Positions 59,001 through 64,000 of a stretch of 64,000 nucleotides of DNA are shown here, piece by piece. The first letter of the stretch is position 1; every line of letters starts with the position of its first letter. The position numbers and the translations under genes are program-made. The DNA comes from Piromyces finnis finn. Its lineage: Eukaryota; Fungi; Neocallimastigomycota. Below the pieces are notes generated by a model, which did not search any database, was not told the origin of the DNA, and was given only the letters and a program-made list of their open reading frames with translations. The stretch spans positions 1 through 64,000 of the forward strand of contig MCFH01000050.1 in the NCBI GenBank assembly GCA_002104945.1, in the 5' to 3' direction.

Positions 59001-59575
59001 TTTTAAATCCTCAAGCTGCACGATGCTTTTTAGAAATTGAAAATTGGAATTATAAATATGATAATTCAAAATTAGTTATACAAAGTAATATTATATCAGC
59101 AGATTTGATTTGGTCAGTAAAAGAAGAAAATGTCATTAATTTAAACAACTCAGAAGGAAAAATTATATTAATTGATGGCGTTAAAACCGCAAGGATTGAT
59201 AATACAAGGAATGCTACCTTATCTCTTTATGAAGATATAGTAGAATTTGAAGAGGATGAAGGTGCAGTAAATGTTGATTTTCTTGTATCAGATGTTCAAA
59301 AATCAAAATATTTACTGGTAGATTTTGAAGTATTATTAAGATCATATATATTAGATATAATGACCGAAGAGTATGCTCAAAGTGTTAATTCAGTTACATC
59401 ATCAACTTCCCCACAATATATGAATTATCAATATTCCTTAAAAAAGATAATTTTTAACTTACCTTTATTCAACAATAGATTTTATTCAATTCAAACACTA
59501 TTTGATTCTAGCCATTTGAAAATACTATCAATATTTATAAGTTTCTTAATACAATTAATCATTATTAGTATTTAA
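56015..59575 (+). CDS. Membrane protein: Crinkler-like Ubl N-terminus, disordered region with PSAP/PPxY, TM helix, lumenal beta-rich domain, hydrophobic C-terminus (~1130 aa, 3 exons)
   Basis: In-phase junctions ..TCC CAA G|GT CTT GAG (exon 2 from ~57620) and ..ATA TT|A AAA ATA (intron 58236-58347). ORF 58367-59575 has no early ATG of its own, so it needs the upstream exons. Confidence 0.75.
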
Positions 59576-59888
59576 CAATTTTTAAGATTTAGTTAATAAT
59601 AGTAATAAAAATAATTACGAGTAAGAAAATCAAAAAAGTAATAAAAAAGGATACATTAAATATTAATATAATATTTAAAATCTTTATTAATAAATAAATG
59701 AATAAAATATAATATAAAAATAAAAAGATAAAGAGACGTTTTTAAGTAATTATTTAAATACTTTTATATTTTAATATTTATATATAAAATACAAATGGAA
59801 AGTTATAGTTATTAATTGACTCTAGAATTTTAAGTATTTCTATCTTTGAAATATTTTAGAAAATTAAAAAATATCAATTATGTAACAA

Positions 59889-59935
<47 letters not shown>

Positions 59936-60216
59936 TACATATATTTAAGTGTGTATTTAAGGATTATTATTTTATTTTATTTAATTTTATTTACAATCAT
60001 AGTAATCTATATAATTTATGTAAATAATAATGTTTGAATTATAATAATATAAATTAACATTAAAATTAAAATTGAACTTTAATGCTATAAAAATATTAAT
60101 TTTGAATGTTTGATTAATGAGATAAAAGAAAAAAAAAAAAAATTATATATGAAATTAGTTTAAAAAAGTTATTTCAATATATTGATTCTATTTATATGAA
60201 TTTTAAAAAAAATCTT

Positions 60217-62518
60217 TTATGTATTTATTTTTTTTTTCGTTTTCTGAAGATATTCTATTAGGGATGTATCAGGTTTACAATTTTGAGGATTTGTTGGAAA
60301 GTTATCTATTTCATCTAATTTAGTATTACTTGAAAGATGATTTAATGATGATATTCCAAATTGTCTTTTACAATATAATCTTGACGATGAGAATAAAGAA
60401 GAAGGATCCTTTTTTTTTAATTTTTTATAAAATAGAATGTTTTAAAATTTTAATATAAGAAAAGTTAATGTAAATATAAAAGATTTATATTTTATATAAT
60501 ATAAAATTTAAATTATATTACATCGTTTAGCTTGGTTTCATTTTCATAATATTTATTACTTATTAATCCATTACAATTTTTGTTTCCTTTAGTATATCCA
60601 TCATCAAACATATAATCACAAATAAATGGTTTTTTTAATTGTTCCTCAACCTTTTTACTTTCTTTATTATCTCTGTATCTATTCATCATCATTATAATAA
60701 TACAAATTTAAAATAAGGTTATTATATATATATGAAAACTAAATTTATTAAATTTTGAGTAAAACAGTTACTTATCCATTGTTTCACTAATATAATCGTC
60801 TGGATCATTTTTAATTGGAATATATGGTAATCCACTGTATAATTTATTATCATCTGAACTACTTTTATCAACATTAATTTTTAGTTTATCATAAACATTT
60901 GTAGGTTTAAATGTATAATCAGATTGAGTAACTCTAAATATGTTTTATAATGATTATAATATTTATATTAATATAAAATTATCAACATTCTCATTCTTTA
61001 TATATATATATATATTACGTTTTAAATTGTTCAAATGATTTTTTATTATTGAGAGTTGGAAAATTTATATTTTTTTTCTTTTTCTATTATGTTAATGAAA
61101 ATTTTACATATTAATATATTATGTATTATTATTATTATTATTATTATTACTATTTTTTTGTAAAATTTATATTTATAAATATCAATATTTATATACATTA
61201 TCCTCTTCAAATTTTGGTGCAAAATCCATATATCTTTTTATAATACCGGTTCTTGTATATCCATCTTTTTTAAAATTATAAATATAATAATAATAGTATA
61301 TAATATAATATATATATTAATTTTTTTTTCTTTTTTTTTTCTTTTAATTTGTAATTACCATCTTCTATATAAGTAGGGAAAATATTTCGATTATAAAACT
61401 AATATTTAATATTTATTATATTTATTATATAATACATAAAATATAAAAGTAATATTAGTATAATTCATAATAATTTATTAATATAATTATATATATATAT
61501 TTACCCAATCTATTTTTTTATCTATAATTTATATAAAATAAAAAATAAAATATATTACAATAGTTATTTTTTTTTCTTTATATTAATATAATTAACAATA
61601 TAATGAAATAATGAATTATAATTTATATTATCATTAACCTTTATCCATATCGTTATAATCATCATTAACATAGTCCGCTAAATCATTGTATGTATGAAGT
61701 TTGCATGCATTTTTACCATATCCTGAATTCATTTCTATTATATTATCTTTTTGTTGAATATCTCTATTGTTTATTTTTTCGGTATAATCTTTTTTTGTTA
61801 CAGAAATATTATCCTAAATATTCAAAAAATAAAAAATTAAAAAATTATTATATATATTATTTAATAATATTTTATTAATAATGACAAATATATTTTATAT
61901 AAAATAAGTATTTTTTATTGTTTTATAAATAGTAGTTACATCTTTTGTATGAAGACTTGGATCAAATAATTTATTTATTCCTCTAGTATATCCATCATCA
62001 ACAATCGTGTAAATATTATTTCCTTTATCTTTATATTTTGGGGTTTTAAATTTTTCATTGTAGGTAGTTAACCAGTGATAGTCATCTCTTTTTATATTTA
62101 TATTAATCATCATATGAAAATAATGAATAAGAATCAATTATACTATTTTTCTTTAATTAAAATATGATGCAATTTTTACATTATTTAATTAAAAAAATAT
62201 TCACCTAAAGTCATCATTTTCATCGATAGATTTATCATAAACAACAAATGGGTTTTTATTATTAGAAAATCCTGTTTTACTTTCTTCTTTTGGTGCAAAT
62301 TTTAATAAACTACGAATATATGATTGATTATTTTCATCATTATTATTTGATTTCTTACAATGAATACAATCATCTCCGTTATAATATTTTCGGCATGGAC
62401 ATTTTGGTTTCTCTCTTTCATAAATTCGATTATAATTGTTATGAGTTGTTGAATTTTGACTTATATAAAAATGTAATGGCACTTTATCAGGTCCACTTGA
62501 ATATTCAATATCAGTCAT
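60217..62518 (-). CDS. SAXO4/PPP1R32 (IIIG9)-like axonemal microtubule inner protein
   Basis: N-terminal SSGPDKVPLHFYISQNSTTH..KTGFSNNKNPFVVYDKSIDE resembles PPP1R32 (SSGG..PLKFY....T.Y..TGY.SN..P.V....SL). Repeated DGYTRG/SGYGKN/DGYTKG motifs and SVTKKDY/VTQSDY. About 6-7 exons; some boundaries are approximate. Confidence 0.65.
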
Positions 62519-63265
62519 TATCTCTATTTACTTATACTTTATTATATATATGTATGTATGAAAATCTTTACAATTTTTAAAAATTAATATACTTATGTAT
62601 ATAATCTATATATTATACATATGTATATTTCTATTTTTATTATTTTTTTTATTTATTGAAAATATCTGTTTTTCTATTTAGATTTAATTATTTAAATTAA
62701 ATAAATATTTAATTATAGAATGGAAGAATAATTATTATATTTTTTCTTTTAGCTTAATATAAATACAAGCTTTCTTATATTTATTTAATCATATAGAGAA
62801 ACAAAAAATACAACAACTCATAATAATTAAGTAAAATAAAAAAAAAAAGGATTTCGGATAAAAATTTTATTTTATTTTATTTTTTTTTTTTTTGAAAAAA
62901 TAATATATATTTAAATTTAAATTTTGAAATATAATAAATTAAAAGGTAATCAAAAATTTTTATAAAAACATTATTTATACATTTTTTTGATAATTTATAT
63001 TAATCAATATAAAAATTTAAAAAATTGGTTTAAAAAGAAAGTTTTTTGACTTTGTTTTTGGAAATTTTGATTAATTATAATATTTTATTTATTATTTATA
63101 TTTCTTTTTTAAATGTTTAAACAGTAGTATAATTTTACATTTTAATAATCATTATATAAATTATTAATTTAAAGAAATAGATTTATCTTAATATAGTTAT
63201 TTTAAAAAATAAATTATTGCTCTATAAAAATATTTATAAAATTATTTAATAAATAAATATAAAAA

Positions 63266-64000
63266 ATGTCAGACGAAAATGAAATTAATAACAATGCTGG
63301 TGACAGTACTATTGCTGAATATGCTACTTATGAAGATTATTTGGATAGCCAAATTACACCTTTGGATATGTATTATTTAGAAGTAAATAAATATTATTTA
63401 ATTTTTTATATTTCTATAAAAAATATATATAAAGATTTTCTTAAAATTATTATAGGATAAGGAACTAGCTAGACAACTTGTTGAACTTGGTTATAGAGGT
63501 ACTGGAGAACCTTTAAAACGTGAGGAATTTACAAGCAAAAAAAAGGCAGCTGAAATGTTTAGGCTTTCTAAACATAATGCTACTAAGGTTTTATGTAGTC
63601 AAGATAAAGATTTAACTGGTTATCCATTTTTAAAAGCATTAGCAGAAAGAGAAGAATCTAATCGTAATGGAAAGTTAATGGTATATTTAATTTATATTTG
63701 GAAAATATAGTGCTAAGAAAATTAAATATTTAAATAATTAGTTTTAGTATATTTTAAAAATAGTAAAAAACTTAATTAATATATTCAATAATATAGTCTA
63801 TTATATTTATAAGAACACATAATAGTAAAGGACAAGAAATAAGTGGTTATATTGATTATGCTCATCGTCTGAAGATTGAATCATTTGAACAATATTTTTC
63901 TAGAAAAAAGACGTTATTACCAAGACCTTCTGATATGTCATTTTATAACTGGGAAACTCAAACATGTACTTGTAATGCAACTCCAAACTTCCAAGTTATT
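63266..64000 (+). CDS. CFAP299: Cilia- and flagella-associated protein 299 (C4orf22 family), runs off the right edge
   Basis: F/[21 protein letters not shown]|[38 protein letters not shown]|[45 protein letters not shown]. Confidence 0.96.

Noticed and set aside
62519-63265. RFX X-box in the flagellar bidirectional spacer
   Set aside because: No GTTNCC-N0-3-RGYAAC match was seen by eye.

Overview
Very AT-rich, intron-rich eukaryotic DNA, most likely from an anaerobic gut fungus (Neocallimastigomycota). This is an inference from the extreme AT content, short GT-AG introns, fungal-type SNT2/PMP3/SAL1 and flagellar genes together. I spliced exons by hand and support about 18 protein-coding genes. 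In order: SNT2 (runs off the left edge), a tiny PMP3 missed by the ORF track, a PSI-like Cys-rich type I membrane protein, an isochorismatase-family protein with a likely organellar presequence, MED17, a SAL1/SCaMC carrier, RRS1, a type I DnaJ with a long tail, RPT1, intronless THG1, an atypical PEMT, a prominin-like 5-TM protein, NR2C2AP, UBP8/USP22, an intronless WRN-type 3'-5' exonuclease protein, a Crinkler-like Ubl membrane protein, and a head-to-head flagellar pair (SAXO4/PPP1R32-like and CFAP299; the latter runs off the right edge). Most notable: (1) a prominin-like protein in a fungus; (2) a Crinkler-type ubiquitin-like N-terminus joined to PSAP/PPxY ESCRT motifs, a TM helix and a lumenal beta-sandwich-like domain; (3) a clear AT-AC U12-type intron in NR2C2AP; (4) an ~850 bp inverted-repeat element with a central hairpin next to a pseudogene-like fragment. 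I saw no tRNA, rRNA or CRISPR array. Family assignments rest on motif recall, not database searches.
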